A stretch of DNA of 32,000 nucleotides from Mycolicibacterium smegmatis (GCF_001457595.1 NZ_LN831039.1:5220001-5252000); one strand, 5' to 3'. Counted from the first letter of the stretch, positions 18,759-29,718 are shown. Numbers and translations are program-made. The notes: generated by a model not told the origin, from the letters alone.

Positions 18759-21383
18759 CTACGCGGCCAGGGGCGCGTAGGTGGTGGTGCGCTGGCGGGC
18801 GGGACGGCCGATGCCCTCGGCGATCGCGACCAGCTCTTCGACGGTCTTGGCCGAACCGTTCTCGGAGCCGGCCATGCGGGAGATGGTCTCCTCCATGAGC
18901 GTGCCGCCGAGGTCGTTGGCGCCGCCACGCAGCATGACCTGCGTGCGCTCGATGCCGAGCTTGACCCAGCTGGTCTGGATGTGGTCGATCCGGCCGTGCA
19001 GCATGATCCGGGCCAGGGCGTGGACGGCACGGTTGTCGCGGTGCGTCGGGCCGGGGCGGGAGCCGCCGGCCAGGTACAGCGGCGACGACTGGTGCACGAA
19101 CGGCAGCGGCACGAACTCGGTGAACCCGCCGGTGCGGTCCTGGATGGACTTGATGACGTTGAGGTGTCCGACCCAGTGACGTGGCTGGTCGACGTGGCCG
19201 TACATCATGGTCGAGCTGGACCGCAGGCCGACCTCGTGCGCGGTGGTGATCACCTCGATCCACATCGAGGTGGGCAGCTTGCCCTTGGTGAGCACCCAGC
19301 GGACCTCGTCGTCGAGGATCTCGGCGGCCGTGCCGGGGATGGTGTCCAGCCCGGCCTCGCGCAGCACGGTCAGCCATTCACGGATCGACATGCCGCTGCG
19401 GGTCACGCCGTTGGCGATCTCCATCGGCGAGAACGCGTGCACATGCATCGACGGCACACGCTTCTTGACCGCACGCACCAGATCGGCGTATCCGGTCACG
19501 GGCAGTTCAGGGTCGATGCCGCCCTGCATACACACCTCGGTGGCACCTGCGACGTGCGCCTCCCAGGCACGGTCGGCGACCTCGTCGACCGAGAGCGAGT
19601 ACGCGTCGGCGTCGCCCTTGCGCTGCGCGAACGCGCAGAACCGGCAGCCGGTGTAGCAGATGTTGGTGAAGTTGATGTTGCGGTTGACGACGAACGTGAC
19701 GTCGTCACCGACGGCATCGCGGCGCAGTGAATCAGCCAGTGCGGTAACGGCTTCCAGCGCAGGGCCGTCGGCGGTTGCCAGCGCCAGGTACTCGTCGTCG
19801 CTGCATCCGCCCGGGTTGCGTTCGGCCGATCGCAGTGCCGACAGCACATCGGTGTCGATGCGCTCGGGGGCACGTGCGGCGAGTTCGGAGACCTTCTCGC
19901 GGATCGACTCCCAATCACCGAACGCGCTGTCGAGATCGCTGCGGGTGTCGGTCAACCGGCCCTCGGCGTCGATCGCGGTGTGCAGATCGGTGCGGCCCAG
20001 GGATTCGGAGGCCTCGTCGGGCTCCTGCCACGGCAGGCCCGACGGGTTGACGTCGAGCGCGTAACCGGTGTCGGGGTCGGCCAGCGCATCGACGTGCGCG
20101 CGCACTCGCGGATCGATCCACGCCGCGCCGGCCTGTACGTACTGCGGCTGGGCGGTCAGACGCTGCACCAGGTCGTAGCCGGCCTCGGCGGTGACGTCGG
20201 CCAGCTCATCCAGTGCGGGCCAAGGCCTTTCGGGGTTCACATGGTCCGGCGTCAGCGGCGACACCCCACCCCAGTCGTCGACGCCTGCGCCGATGAGCGC
20301 CAGACATTCGTCGCGCGACACCAGGTTCGGCGGCGCCTGGATGCGCATCTTCGGCCCCAGCACCAGCCGCGTCACCGCGACGGTCGCGAGGAAGTCGTCG
20401 ATGTCGGCATCGGGTGTCGACGCCATCGCCGTGCGGTCCTTGGCGCGGAAATTCTGCACGATCACTTCCTGGACGTGCCCGAACTCCTTGTGCGAACGCC
20501 GGATCGCGTGCATGGTCTCGGCACGCTCGGCCAGCGTCTCACCGATGCCCACCAGCAGTCCCGTGGTGAACGGGATGGACAGCCGTCCCGCGTCGTCGAG
20601 CGTGCGCAGGCGCACCGCGGGATCCTTGTCCGGGCTGCCGTAGTGCGCTTCGCCTTTGGTCTCGAACAGGCGCCGCGACGTGGTCTCCAGCATCATGCCC
20701 ATCGACGGCGCGACCGGCTTGAGCCGCGACAGCTCCGACCAGCTCATGACGCCGGGATTGAGATGCGGCAGCAGGCCGGTCTCTTCGAGCACGCGGATCG
20801 CCATGGCCCGGACGTAGTCCAGCGTGGAGTCGTAACCACGCTCGTCCAGCCACTGGCGGGCTTCCTCCCACCGGTCCTCGGGGCGGTCGCCGAGCGTGAA
20901 AAGGGCCTCTTTGCAACCCAGTTCAGCTCCTTGACGGGCGACGTCCAGGATCTCGTCAGGCTCCATGTACATGCCCATGCCCTGCGCGCGCAGCTTGCCG
21001 GGCACGGTCACGAACGTGCAGTAGTGGCACGTGTCGCGGCACAGATGTGTCACCGGGATGAACACCTTGCGCGAGTAGCTCACCGGCAGCCTGCCGTTCG
21101 GACCGCGCCGCCCCGCCGTGGTCAACCCGGCGTCGCGCACCCGGGCCGCGCTGGCACACAGGTCGGCGAGATCGTCGCCGCGTGCCGTCATCGCGATGGC
21201 GGCTTCATCCACGTTCAGGGCGACACCGTCGCGGGCTCGCCGCAATACACGTCGCAGAGCTGCAGGACTCGGCGTTACGGCGGGCGGAGGGACCAGTGGG
21301 ACACCCAGATCGGCGCCGTGCTCGGAGTTCAAAGCCACTCCCGAATAACTCCACGAGAGTCGAGATTCATCCACGCGTCTCAC
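18759..21383 (-). CDS. fbiC: FO synthase (7,8-didemethyl-8-hydroxy-5-deazariboflavin synthase, fused CofG/CofH)
   Basis: 874 aa, collinear with M. tuberculosis FbiC as I remember it. It has two radical-SAM CxxxCxxC motifs ([10 protein letters not shown] and [10 protein letters not shown]). The exact start is uncertain; an alternative GTG lies 15 codons downstream. Confidence 0.95.
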   Translation of the reverse strand: MRRVDESRLSWSYSGVALNSEHGADLGVPLVPPPAVTPSPAALRRVLRRARDGVALNVDEAAIAMTARGDDLADLCASAARVRDAGLTTAGRRGPNGRLPVSYSRKVFIPVTHLCRDTCHYCTFVTVPGKLRAQGMGMYMEPDEILDVARQGAELGCKEALFTLGDRPEDRWEEARQWLDERGYDSTLDYVRAMAIRVLEETGLLPHLNPGVMSWSELSRLKPVAPSMGMMLETTSRRLFETKGEAHYGSPDKDPAVRLRTLDDAGRLSIPFTTGLLVGIGETLAERAETMHAIRRSHKEFGHVQEVIVQNFRAKDRTAMASTPDADIDDFLATVAVTRLVLGPKMRIQAPPNLVSRDECLALIGAGVDDWGGVSPLTPDHVNPERPWPALDELADVTAEAGYDLVQRLTAQPQYVQAGAAWIDPRVRAHVDALADPDTGYALDVNPSGLPWQEPDEASESLGRTDLHTAIDAEGRLTDTRSDLDSAFGDWESIREKVSELAARAPERIDTDVLSALRSAERNPGGCSDDEYLALATADGPALEAVTALADSLRRDAVGDDVTFVVNRNINFTNICYTGCRFCAFAQRKGDADAYSLSVDEVADRAWEAHVAGATEVCMQGGIDPELPVTGYADLVRAVKKRVPSMHVHAFSPMEIANGVTRSGMSIREWLTVLREAGLDTIPGTAAEILDDEVRWVLTKGKLPTSMWIEVITTAHEVGLRSSSTMMYGHVDQPRHWVGHLNVIKSIQDRTGGFTEFVPLPFVHQSSPLYLAGGSRPGPTHRDNRAVHALARIMLHGRIDHIQTSWVKLGIERTQVMLRGGANDLGGTLMEETISRMAGSENGSAKTVEELVAIAEGIGRPARQRTTTYAPLAA

Positions 21384-21586
21384 ATTCTGGATCTACTACG
21401 CCTGGCATACGGGTCACAGTAGTCCCAGCAGCCGGTGCCGTGCCGACCTGCCCGCGCATCGCGGGGGTCGACGCGCGTCATCCGACTCGCCTTGAGAAGA
21501 CCCGGGAAATTTTATTGCTCCGCCCAGTAAAGTCACATCAGCGATACGGCCGAATTTTTGTCAGGGTGGGTTTCTGGGGTGCTGTC

Positions 21587-22741
21587 ATGACTGTCTCTGT
21601 CCGCGCTTACCTGATGGCGGGTGCGGCCGCGGCCACGGCAACGACCATCGCGCTGACCTCGGTGCAGGTGACACCCCCTGACGTCGTGGTTCCCGCGCAA
21701 CCGACCGCGCCGCAGCCCGAGCTGACACAGGCCATGGTCGACCTGCTGGCCGCGGCACGCCGGACCACCATCACCATCCCCGTACCGCCCGACGCGCCCA
21801 GGGTGGCCCCGCCGCACGGCAACGCCGCCCCCGACGCGCAGGCAACCGCCTCAGGCGACGTCACGGTGCAGAACGCGGCGAGCGATTTCGTCGTCGACGC
21901 GTGGGAAGCGGCAGTGCCGTGGATCGACTACGGGGTCGGCCTGGTCGACGGCGCGCTCGGCTGGGTTCCCGGCCTGGCGATCGTCGGCAATCAGGTGTCG
22001 CTGCTGTGGACGTATCTCGGATACCCGGTCGCCAACAGCGTCGTGCTGGATCTGGTGGCACCGGTGGTGAACGCGCCGCTGAACCTCGACGTGTGGGCCA
22101 ACGGGTTCGGTGCGGTGGCCTCGACAACCGCGAACAGCCTGGTCAACACGGGTGTGGCGGAGTTCAACTACTTCTTCGGCTGGCTGATCCCGCCCGTCGC
22201 GCTCACCACGCCGACCGAGACCCTTGCCTTCGACGCGACGGTCGGTGCCGATCTGCTCAAGCAGGCGCGTGCGGCTGTGACGAGCCTCGTCGAGCCCGCC
22301 GAGGGTGCCGAAGCTGCGGAAGCCTCTGAGGCACCGAAGGCGCCTGAGTCGCTCGAGTCACCCGAGAAGCCCGAGACGAAGACGCCAGATGCACCGGCGG
22401 CCGAGTTCTCCGCGCCGGCCGGGACCACGGAGAACACAGCGAGCGGGGTCACCGAAAACGCCGAGAACACCGAGGTCGTGGAAGACACCACGACACCCAC
22501 GAAAGCCGACACCAGCACCAAAGCACCGGTCAAACCGGTGCGCACCATCACCAAGAACATCAAGCGCGATCTGAAGAAGGCCACGGCCGGTCTGCGGGGC
22601 GTCGTGAAGGACATCCGTGACGGGCTGGTCAAACCGAAGAAGCCCGCGACCAAGCCCAGCAAGAAGGCAGAGCCCACCAAGAAGGCCGAGCCTTCCAAGC
22701 AGAGTGCTTCAGAGTCGTCGAGCAGCGACTCCGACGACTGA
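21587..22741 (+). CDS. Envelope-associated protein: N-terminal hydrophobic anchor or signal, Trp/Gly/Val-rich core, acidic Glu/Thr-rich linker, Lys-rich C-terminal tail
   Basis: 384 aa from ATG 21587 (the upstream part of track ORF 21182 overlaps fbiC). The N-terminus is MTVSVRAYLMAGAAAATATTIALTS. The tail is ...KNIKRDLKKATAGLRGVVKDIRDGLVKPKKPATKPSKKAEPTKKAEPSKQSASESSSSDSDD. No family is recognised. Confidence 0.65.
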   Translation: MTVSVRAYLMAGAAAATATTIALTSVQVTPPDVVVPAQPTAPQPELTQAMVDLLAAARRTTITIPVPPDAPRVAPPHGNAAPDAQATASGDVTVQNAASDFVVDAWEAAVPWIDYGVGLVDGALGWVPGLAIVGNQVSLLWTYLGYPVANSVVLDLVAPVVNAPLNLDVWANGFGAVASTTANSLVNTGVAEFNYFFGWLIPPVALTTPTETLAFDATVGADLLKQARAAVTSLVEPAEGAEAAEASEAPKAPESLESPEKPETKTPDAPAAEFSAPAGTTENTASGVTENAENTEVVEDTTTPTKADTSTKAPVKPVRTITKNIKRDLKKATAGLRGVVKDIRDGLVKPKKPATKPSKKAEPTKKAEPSKQSASESSSSDSDD

Positions 22742-23248
22742 CTAGTGGAAGCGGCGCCGCAGGAACCACACCGCGGGTAGCGAGCCCACCGCGAGGAAGA
22801 TCATCGCGCCGAAGGCATACAGGCCGGTGCCGGCGAAGATCAGGTCGCCGCCCGGCCCGCCGAGCGTCATCACCACGACCATCGCGAGGAACGTCCACAG
22901 CGGCAGTCCCGCGAGCAGCAGCGAGTCCGACCAGTGGGCGGCCGCCCATACGAGCGCGAGGTTCACCGCGCCGGTCAGCACGGCGCTGATGGGAAAAGGA
23001 ATGGTGCCGATGTAGATCGGCAGGAAGAGCGCGCCCACGACGGCCGAGATGACGCCGTCGATGGCGAGCAGGGTCAGAACGATTCCGGCCCTGGAGGTCA
23101 GGTCGGGATGCTGTCGAGCAGCGACACCAGCGAGCCGACGACCCACTGGAAGTTGTCCGCCCGGTCCTGCCAGTGCTGGAGATTCGGATCCAGATCCTGG
23201 TCCATGCGCATCCCTTCGACGACTGTCCCGGAGCCTACCCCGTGCCAT
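22742..23248 (-). CDS. Conserved integral membrane protein (Rv1171-like by position)
   Basis: 168 aa with an Arg-rich N-terminus followed by 3-4 TM segments. It starts 6 nt after the mshB stop. The exact start is uncertain. Confidence 0.6.
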   Translation of the reverse strand: MARGRLRDSRRRDAHGPGSGSESPALAGPGGQLPVGRRLAGVAARQHPDLTSRAGIVLTLLAIDGVISAVVGALFLPIYIGTIPFPISAVLTGAVNLALVWAAAHWSDSLLLAGLPLWTFLAMVVVMTLGGPGGDLIFAGTGLYAFGAMIFLAVGSLPAVWFLRRRFH

Positions 23249-23253
23249 CGCAT

Positions 23254-24126
23254 CTACTCCAGATCAAGCCCGGCAAGAAGATCGGTTTCCCATCCGCGGG
23301 AATCCCGCGGCCCGGCCTCACCGGAGACCAGGACGTAGTGTTCCTCCCCCAGGACCGGAAGCGCGATGTTGTTGGACAGCGCGAACGCCCGGCCGTCGGG
23401 CGCGACGGTGATCTGCGTGGCGTGCGCGCGCATCGCGCCCACCTTGGCAGGCAGTTCGGCCGTCACGTCGACGACCGCGTCGATCTGGTCGTCGCCGAAC
23501 CCGAGCGGGATGTCCTCGGCGTTCACCCGGATCCACTCGGACGGGATGTCGCCGAGCGCCTGCAGGCCCGCCGTCATCGCGCTGGTGGCCGTCACGGTCC
23601 AGTAGAACTTGGGGACGGTCCAGCCGACCGCCTCGGGTGAAGCGGCGACGGCCCGCGTGGTGACCACGTGTGTCTGGATGTGATCGGGGTGTCCGTAGCC
23701 GCCGTTGGGGTCGTAGGTGACGACGACATGCGGCCGCACCTCACCGATCACGGCGACCAGCGCACCCACGGCCTCGTCGAGGTCGGCGTCGACCCAGCGC
23801 TGCCGCCCGCGCGACGGCGTGCCTGCCATACCGGAGTCACGCCAGTGCCCGGCGCCGCCGAGATACCACGGGCCCCGCAACCCGAGAGACTGCAGCGCGG
23901 CCGTCAGCTCCGCGATGCGGTAGCCGCCGAGTTGATCGGCGTGGTCGACGGCGAGTTGCGCGTAGCGCTCGCCGATCACCTCGCCCTCCTCACCGAGCGT
24001 GCAGGTGACGACATGGACCTCGGCCGACCGCGCGACGTAGTGCGCGATGGTCCCGCCGGTGGTCAGGGTCTCGTCGTCGGGGTGGGCATGGACGAACAGC
24101 AGCCGGGGCGATTCATGCGATGACAT
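23254..24126 (-). CDS. mshB: GlcNAc-inositol deacetylase of mycothiol biosynthesis
   Basis: 290 aa. The LmbE/MshB zinc motif is [17 protein letters not shown], with HPDH further on. Synteny with Rv1170. Confidence 0.9.
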   Translation of the reverse strand: MSSHESPRLLFVHAHPDDETLTTGGTIAHYVARSAEVHVVTCTLGEEGEVIGERYAQLAVDHADQLGGYRIAELTAALQSLGLRGPWYLGGAGHWRDSGMAGTPSRGRQRWVDADLDEAVGALVAVIGEVRPHVVVTYDPNGGYGHPDHIQTHVVTTRAVAASPEAVGWTVPKFYWTVTATSAMTAGLQALGDIPSEWIRVNAEDIPLGFGDDQIDAVVDVTAELPAKVGAMRAHATQITVAPDGRAFALSNNIALPVLGEEHYVLVSGEAGPRDSRGWETDLLAGLDLE

Positions 24127-24150
24127 CGTGTACAGACGCTACCGCCTGCG

Positions 24151-26034
24151 CTACTTGGTCTTCGTCCAGTCACCGGCGTCGCCGACGATCCCTACCGGCA
24201 CCGCCCCGGTGAGGCTCACGTTCTGCACACTCGGCCCGGCGGCCACGATCGTGGTGTCCTGCAGGATCGGCAGCACGGTCGCCATGTTCCACAACCGCGG
24301 TTCCACCGCCTGGATCACGTCGGCGATGTCGTCCGTACCGTCCAGTGCCGCATCGATTCTCGGCTGGATGCTGCGATCGCAGATGCCGGTGATGTTGCTG
24401 GGCGCCTGCACCAGTTCACCGGACTCCGGCGCCGGGATCGGCGCGGTGGGCGTCGGTGTGGTGGTCGCAGGCGGCGTGGTGGTGGTCGTGGTGGTGGGGG
24501 CCTGCGACGTGGTGGTGGCGGGCCCGGGAACCGCCGTGGCCACGGGCGTGGCCTCAAGCGCGCGGCATCCGTAGCGCGACGCCAGAACGGTCGCGAGGTC
24601 ACCACCGGCCTGGCGCCAGCCGACGACGGCGTCGACGCGGTTGTTGACCAACGCGTCGCCGTACAGCGCAACCGGATCCAGGGCGAGCACCGAGGCGTCG
24701 ATGCCGACGTTGCGCAACTGATCGGCCGCGGTGTTGGCCACGGCCACCGACGTGGGGTCGTTGGAGGCGACGCCCAGGACGATCGTCAGCGGCACCCCAT
24801 CTTTCACGATTCGTTCACGCCCGTTGTCGGGCGGTGGGTCGTCCGCGGTGTTGTCCGGGGGTGGCACGGGTTCGCTGACATATCCCGCGTCCCTGAGCAA
24901 TTCGAGCGCGTCGTCACGCGTCATCGCAGGCGGCGCGGTCGGCACGTAGCCGGGATCCGACGGCGAACGCACCTGCGCCTGCGCGAGTGTCACGGTGTTG
25001 TCGTCGCCGGCGCCCACCGATGCCAGGAGGTCGACGTCGATCAGACCCAGGATCGCCTTGCGCACTTGGGGATCGGCAAGCTTGGGCTGCTGCGCCCGCA
25101 GCGTGAGCTGCATGACGCGCGGGGTCACGATGCGTGCGGTCCGGACGTCGGGGATGGCGCTGAGCTGGGCGAAAGTCGCTGCGCCGCCGTGCACCTGAGC
25201 GACCTGTGTGTCACCGTTGCGGATCGAGTCCGCCAGCGCGGCCGGAGCGCCGCCGCGACGGAACAGCACCAGGTCGGGTTTGGCGGGCACGCTCCAGAAC
25301 CGGTCGTTGCGAGCCAGCAGGATCTCGTCGCGCTGGGGATCGATGGTCTCGACGCGGAACTGGCCTCCTGTCACGGGCATCGCGCGGGCCAGGCCCGCGC
25401 CGAACCCGCCCGGGATGTCCTTGACGATGTGCGCGGGAAGGATGTCGTTGAACAGTTCACGCCACGCCGGGTACGGCTGCGAGAACGTCACGACGGCCTG
25501 CTTGCCGCCCTCGACGGACTGCACGCCGGTGATCAGGTCATAGCCGGCCGGGTCGACGACACCGGGCTGGCTGACCATCTGCCGCCACAGATACCAGTAG
25601 TCGTCGGCGGCGATCGGCGCGTTGTCGGTCCACTGCGCTTCCGGCCGGATCTTGTAGGTCACGGTGAACGGGTTCTCGTTGGTCACCTCCGCCGACTCCA
25701 GCAGTGTGGTGTCCAGTTCCCACCGCGACCCGGTGGGCGACGTGGGATCCGGCACCGGCCGGAACGAGCTGGGCAGCACCAGCGACGCGATCGCGGCGTT
25801 CACCGGGGACTGATCGGACAGCAGGTGCGGATTGAACCCCGGGCCGATCGAGTCGATGGCCATGATGATCTGCGTAGGCGCCTTCGGCGGGGGCGGCGGC
25901 GTGGTCTCGGTGGTCTCGGTGCTCTGCGGCGCGGGAGGCGGGCTCACCGTGCAGCCGCCGAGCAGCAGTGTCGGCACCGCGAGGAGCGCGCCGAACGTCA
26001 AACGGGCGCGGCGGGCTGGTGTCGGCACGCCCAT
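24151..26034 (-). CDS. lpqW: LpqW lipoprotein (family-5 solute-binding-protein fold; PIM/LAM biosynthesis regulator)
   Basis: The start is taken at Met 26034, giving a signal peptide and lipobox (LLLGGC). It resembles a peptide/nickel SBP. It sits next to mshB and typA, as for LpqW in mycobacteria. The track start at 26175 is an extension. Confidence 0.82.
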
Positions 26035-26529
26035 CAGGGTAACGAGCCGCCCCGCGTGTGCGACGTCACGTTGAGACGGGGTCTCTGACCTGGAAGAACT
26101 TCGCCGGCTGCCGTCGCGGCCAGCCGCATGGATTGCTGGAACCCCGAATCTGTGGCGACGGGCATGAACAGGCAAACGGCAGATTCGGACATGCCGTTAC
26201 GCCGCGCAGCATTCTCGTCACCGCGTCGCGCGGATGTATGTCGGCCGTTCGGCCGAAAAATCATGATCGGCAAGATCATTCGATATTACGAAAAAACAGA
26301 ACCTCGGCGGGCCCGAAAATGTTCACACATCCGTTGCCAGGATCAGCTACACGCCCCTCGTTCGACGGCCCTGTTGGCTGATACCGGCAGATCACGACCA
26401 GCAAACTCGCTGCCGGGTCCGATGTTTGCGTCAGAAAAGATCTGGGGGCATGCCCTCGGTTTTCGAGGGCGAAGATTCGCTGTCGGCGCTAAATTTCCTT
26501 TGCCAAGCACTACCAATCGAGGGGCGAAT

Positions 26530-27729
26530 ATGTATGTCAGAGTGAAGAAATCCGTCACCGCAGGGACAGCGGTGTTGGCCGCGGGGGCGATTGCTCTCGG
26601 CCCGGTCGTGTCCCAGGCGCCGGAAGCGCAGCGCGCCATGCGGGCGGCGGATCTCGCTCTCTCGGCCGCGGCGAACCCGATCGAGGCCGCGGCTTTCATC
26701 GTCGAAGGGTTCGGCACGTCGGGGGTGCGGCTGGTGCAGGGGGCACTGACCGCGCCGCTCGGGCTGATCCCGCTGGTCGAGGCGCTGGGCGCGCAGGACA
26801 GCGAGGCCCTGTACAGCGTGCTCAGGGAGTACAACGACGCCCCGCTGTGGGTCGCCGACCCCACCATCGACGGCTTTGCCGAGGCCCTGCCCCGCTGGCT
26901 CGGTGGCGGCACCGACGGCGACCGCTACGTCAACTCGTCGGAGGACGGCGCGATCATCGACTTCCGCGACAACGTGCTGTGGGTCGCGACCGACAACGCA
27001 CGCACGCAGATCAACAACGCGCTGCACGTTGACGCGGGACCGCCCGCGAGCCTCTTCGAAGGTGCGGTCACGCTGTCGGTGGGCGCGGGCGGCACCGCGG
27101 TGCGCCTCGTCGAGGGCGCGGCGCTCGCACCCTTCGGCCTGATCCCGGTGGCGCAGGGGCTAGCGACCTCGGCCACCACCGGTGACAACACCGCGCTGTA
27201 TGTCGCTGTGCGGCAATACATCGACGCGCCCCTGTGGGTCGCCGACCCCGCGATCGACAGCGTGGCCAAGGTGCTCCCCCGCTCGCTCGGCGGCGGCACC
27301 GACGGCAACCACAACGTGTCCTCTGATCTCGACGGCGCGGTGGTCAAGTTCCGCGACAACGCGCTGTGGGGTGCCACCAACGCCGTGCGCACCGCTGTGG
27401 CCAACGTTCTCAACGTGAATCCCAACGCAGGCAATGTGCCTGCCGCGCCCTCAGCGGCATCCCCGAAGAAGGCGAATGTGGCCGGCAGCGTGAACCTGGG
27501 CAAGTTCCTGCCGGGCGCGTCGGCACCTGAGGGCGCCACGAAGACCCGGCCGGGCCGGGCCGCGGTCGGTGCGCTGCGCAATCAGGTCAGGGCGTCGGTG
27601 GCCAAGGTCAATGCCGACATCAACGCCGCGGTCAAGAAGGTCACCAGCGGCTTGCCCGCCAAGAAGGCGGCGGCCAAGGAGAAGACGGCCGCCACCTCCG
27701 AGAAGGCAGCGGAGGGCTCAGAGGACTAG
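26530..27729 (+). CDS. Envelope-associated protein with two tandem domain repeats of about 115-120 aa and a Lys/Ala-rich C-terminal tail
   Basis: 399 aa from ATG 26530 (GAGGGG upstream). The N-terminus is MYVRVKKSVTAGTAVLAAGAIALGP. The repeats cover about aa 53-167 and aa 176-296 (for example YNDAPLWVADPTIDGF versus YIDAPLWVADPAIDSV). The tail is ...AVKKVTSGLPAKKAAAKEKTAATSEKAAEGSED. Confidence 0.7.
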   Translation: MYVRVKKSVTAGTAVLAAGAIALGPVVSQAPEAQRAMRAADLALSAAANPIEAAAFIVEGFGTSGVRLVQGALTAPLGLIPLVEALGAQDSEALYSVLREYNDAPLWVADPTIDGFAEALPRWLGGGTDGDRYVNSSEDGAIIDFRDNVLWVATDNARTQINNALHVDAGPPASLFEGAVTLSVGAGGTAVRLVEGAALAPFGLIPVAQGLATSATTGDNTALYVAVRQYIDAPLWVADPAIDSVAKVLPRSLGGGTDGNHNVSSDLDGAVVKFRDNALWGATNAVRTAVANVLNVNPNAGNVPAAPSAASPKKANVAGSVNLGKFLPGASAPEGATKTRPGRAAVGALRNQVRASVAKVNADINAAVKKVTSGLPAKKAAAKEKTAATSEKAAEGSED

Positions 27730-27739
27730 GGGGGCCAAG

Positions 27740-27785
27740 GGCCGGTCATGCCCGCTCAGAGGGGGAGAGCGGTGCATGGCCGGCC
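27740..27785. terminator. Long GC-rich hairpin between convergent genes (bidirectional intrinsic-terminator candidate)
   Basis: GGCCGGTCATGCCCGCTC (27740-27757) pairs with GAGCGGTGCATGGCCGGCC (27767-27785). That gives about 17 bp with one bulge and one G-U, and a 9-nt loop. There is no clear U-tract, which is common in mycobacteria. Confidence 0.55.
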
Positions 27786-27816
27786 ATTCTCGGCTGTAGG
27801 ACGGGTGAAGGGAAGG

Positions 27817-29718
27817 CTAGCCCCGTGCCTTCGCGCGGGCCTTGGCACGCGCCCGCAGGCTCGCGGTCAGCTCCACCTTGCGCACCCGGACCACCTCGGG
27901 GGTGACCTCGACGCACTCGTCCTCTGCGCAGAACTCCATGGCCTTCTCGAGGTCGAGTTCCAGCGGACGGGCGAGGGTCTCCATCACGTCGGCCGTCGAG
28001 GACCGCATGTTGGTGAGCTTCTTCTCGCGCGTCACGTTGATGTCGAGATCCTCTGCGCGCGGGTTGATCCCGACGACCATTCCCTCGTAGGTCTCCTGGC
28101 CCGGCTCGACGAAGAACTGCCCACGGTCGGCCAGTTGGATCATCGCGAACGGCGTGATGGTGCCCGCACGGTCGCTCACCAGTGAACCGGTGTGGCGCGC
28201 GCGGATCTCGCCGGCCCACGGCCGGTAGCCGTCGAACACGGCGTTGGCGATACCGGTGCCGCGCGTCAGCGTCAGGAAGTCGGTGCGGAAGCCGATCAGA
28301 CCGCGGCTGGGCACGATGAAGTCCATCCGGACCCACCCGGCGGCGTGGTTGGTCATCTCCTCCATGCGGCCCTTGCGGGCGGCCATGAGCTGGGTGATGG
28401 CGCCGACGAACTCCTCGGGGCAGTCGATGGTCATCGCCTCGAACGGCTCGTGCAGCTTGCCGTCGATGTTCTTGGTGACCACCTGAGGCTTGCCGACGGT
28501 GAGCTCGAAGCCTTCACGTCGCATCTGCTCGACGAGCACGGCCAGCGCGAGTTCACCACGGCCCTGCACCTCCCAGGCGTCGGGCTTGCCGATGTCGACG
28601 ACGCGGATGGACACGTTGCCGATGAGCTCGGAATCCAAGCGGTTCTTGACCATTCGAGCGGTGAGCTTGTGGCCGGAGACCTTGCCGGCCAGGGGCGAGG
28701 TGTTGGTGCCGATGGTCACCGAGATCGCGGGTTCGTCGACCGTGATGCGCGGCAGCGCGTGCGCATGGTCCGGATCGGCCAGCGTGTCACCGATCATGAT
28801 CTCGGGGATGCCCGCGACGGCGACGATGTCGCCCGCCACGGCCTCGGCCGTGGCCGTGCGCTCCACGCCCTCGGTGACGAGCAGTTCGGTGATCTTGGCG
28901 CTCGTGACGACGGGGGCGCCGTCGACCTCACGCATCCACGCGACCTGCTGCCCCTTCTTGAGCTTGCCGTTGTAAATACGGACCAGTGCGAGGCGTCCCA
29001 GGAACGCCGACGCGTCGAGGTTGGTGACGAGCGCCTGCAGCGGCGCCTCGGGATCACCCGATGGCGGCGGGATGTGCTTCATCAGGACGTCGAACAGCGG
29101 ATCGAGGTTGTCGCCCTCGGGCACCTCGCCGTCGGCGGGCTGGACCGTGCTGGCCACACCGGCGCGGCCCGACGCGTACAGCGTCGGCAGGTCGAGCGCC
29201 TTCTCGGCCGCGGCCTGGGCGTCCTCGTCGAGATCCGAGGCGACATCGAGCAGCAGGTCGTGGCTGTCCGACACGACCTCGGCGATGCGGGCGTCGGGGC
29301 GGTCGGTCTTGTTGACCACGAGGATCACCGGCAGGTGCGCGGCGAGCGCCTTGCGCAGCACGAAGCGCGTCTGCGGCAGCGGGCCCTCGGAGGCGTCGAC
29401 GAGCAGCAGCACGCCGTCGACCATGGACAGACCGCGTTCCACCTCACCGCCGAAGTCGGCGTGGCCGGGGGTGTCGATCACGTTGATGACCGTCACGGTG
29501 CCGTCGGCGTTGTGCCGGTGCACCGCGGTGTTCTTGGCCAGGATCGTGATGCCCTTTTCCCGCTCCAGGTCACCGGAGTCCATGATGCGCTCGGTGGAGT
29601 CGTCACCTCGGTGGGTCAACGCGCCGGACTGCCGCAGCATTGCGTCGACCAGAGTGGTCTTGCCGTGGTCAACGTGGGCCACAATGGCGACGTTGCGAAA
29701 ATCTGGGTGCGAACTCAC
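27817..29718 (-). CDS. typA: Translational GTPase TypA/BipA
   Basis: [34 protein letters not shown] and NKTD G-motifs, with EF-G-like domains throughout. The probable start is GTG 29718. The track ORF extends to 29751. Confidence 0.93.
   Translation of the reverse strand: MSSHPDFRNVAIVAHVDHGKTTLVDAMLRQSGALTHRGDDSTERIMDSGDLEREKGITILAKNTAVHRHNADGTVTVINVIDTPGHADFGGEVERGLSMVDGVLLLVDASEGPLPQTRFVLRKALAAHLPVILVVNKTDRPDARIAEVVSDSHDLLLDVASDLDEDAQAAAEKALDLPTLYASGRAGVASTVQPADGEVPEGDNLDPLFDVLMKHIPPPSGDPEAPLQALVTNLDASAFLGRLALVRIYNGKLKKGQQVAWMREVDGAPVVTSAKITELLVTEGVERTATAEAVAGDIVAVAGIPEIMIGDTLADPDHAHALPRITVDEPAISVTIGTNTSPLAGKVSGHKLTARMVKNRLDSELIGNVSIRVVDIGKPDAWEVQGRGELALAVLVEQMRREGFELTVGKPQVVTKNIDGKLHEPFEAMTIDCPEEFVGAITQLMAARKGRMEEMTNHAAGWVRMDFIVPSRGLIGFRTDFLTLTRGTGIANAVFDGYRPWAGEIRARHTGSLVSDRAGTITPFAMIQLADRGQFFVEPGQETYEGMVVGINPRAEDLDINVTREKKLTNMRSSTADVMETLARPLELDLEKAMEFCAEDECVEVTPEVVRVRKVELTASLRARAKARAKARG

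Noticed and set aside
26272-26529. An in-frame upstream extension of the repeat-protein ORF (MIGKIIRYYEKTEPRRARKC...) starting in the AT-rich island. The same type of N-terminal extension occurs in track ORFs 4789, 7610, 21182, 26128, 29854, 18571 (-) and 26175 (-).
   Set aside because: The extensions have atypical codon usage and composition and lack SD sequences. They overlap neighbouring genes or promoters. Internal starts with good SDs give proteins beginning with proper signal peptides or homologous N-termini.
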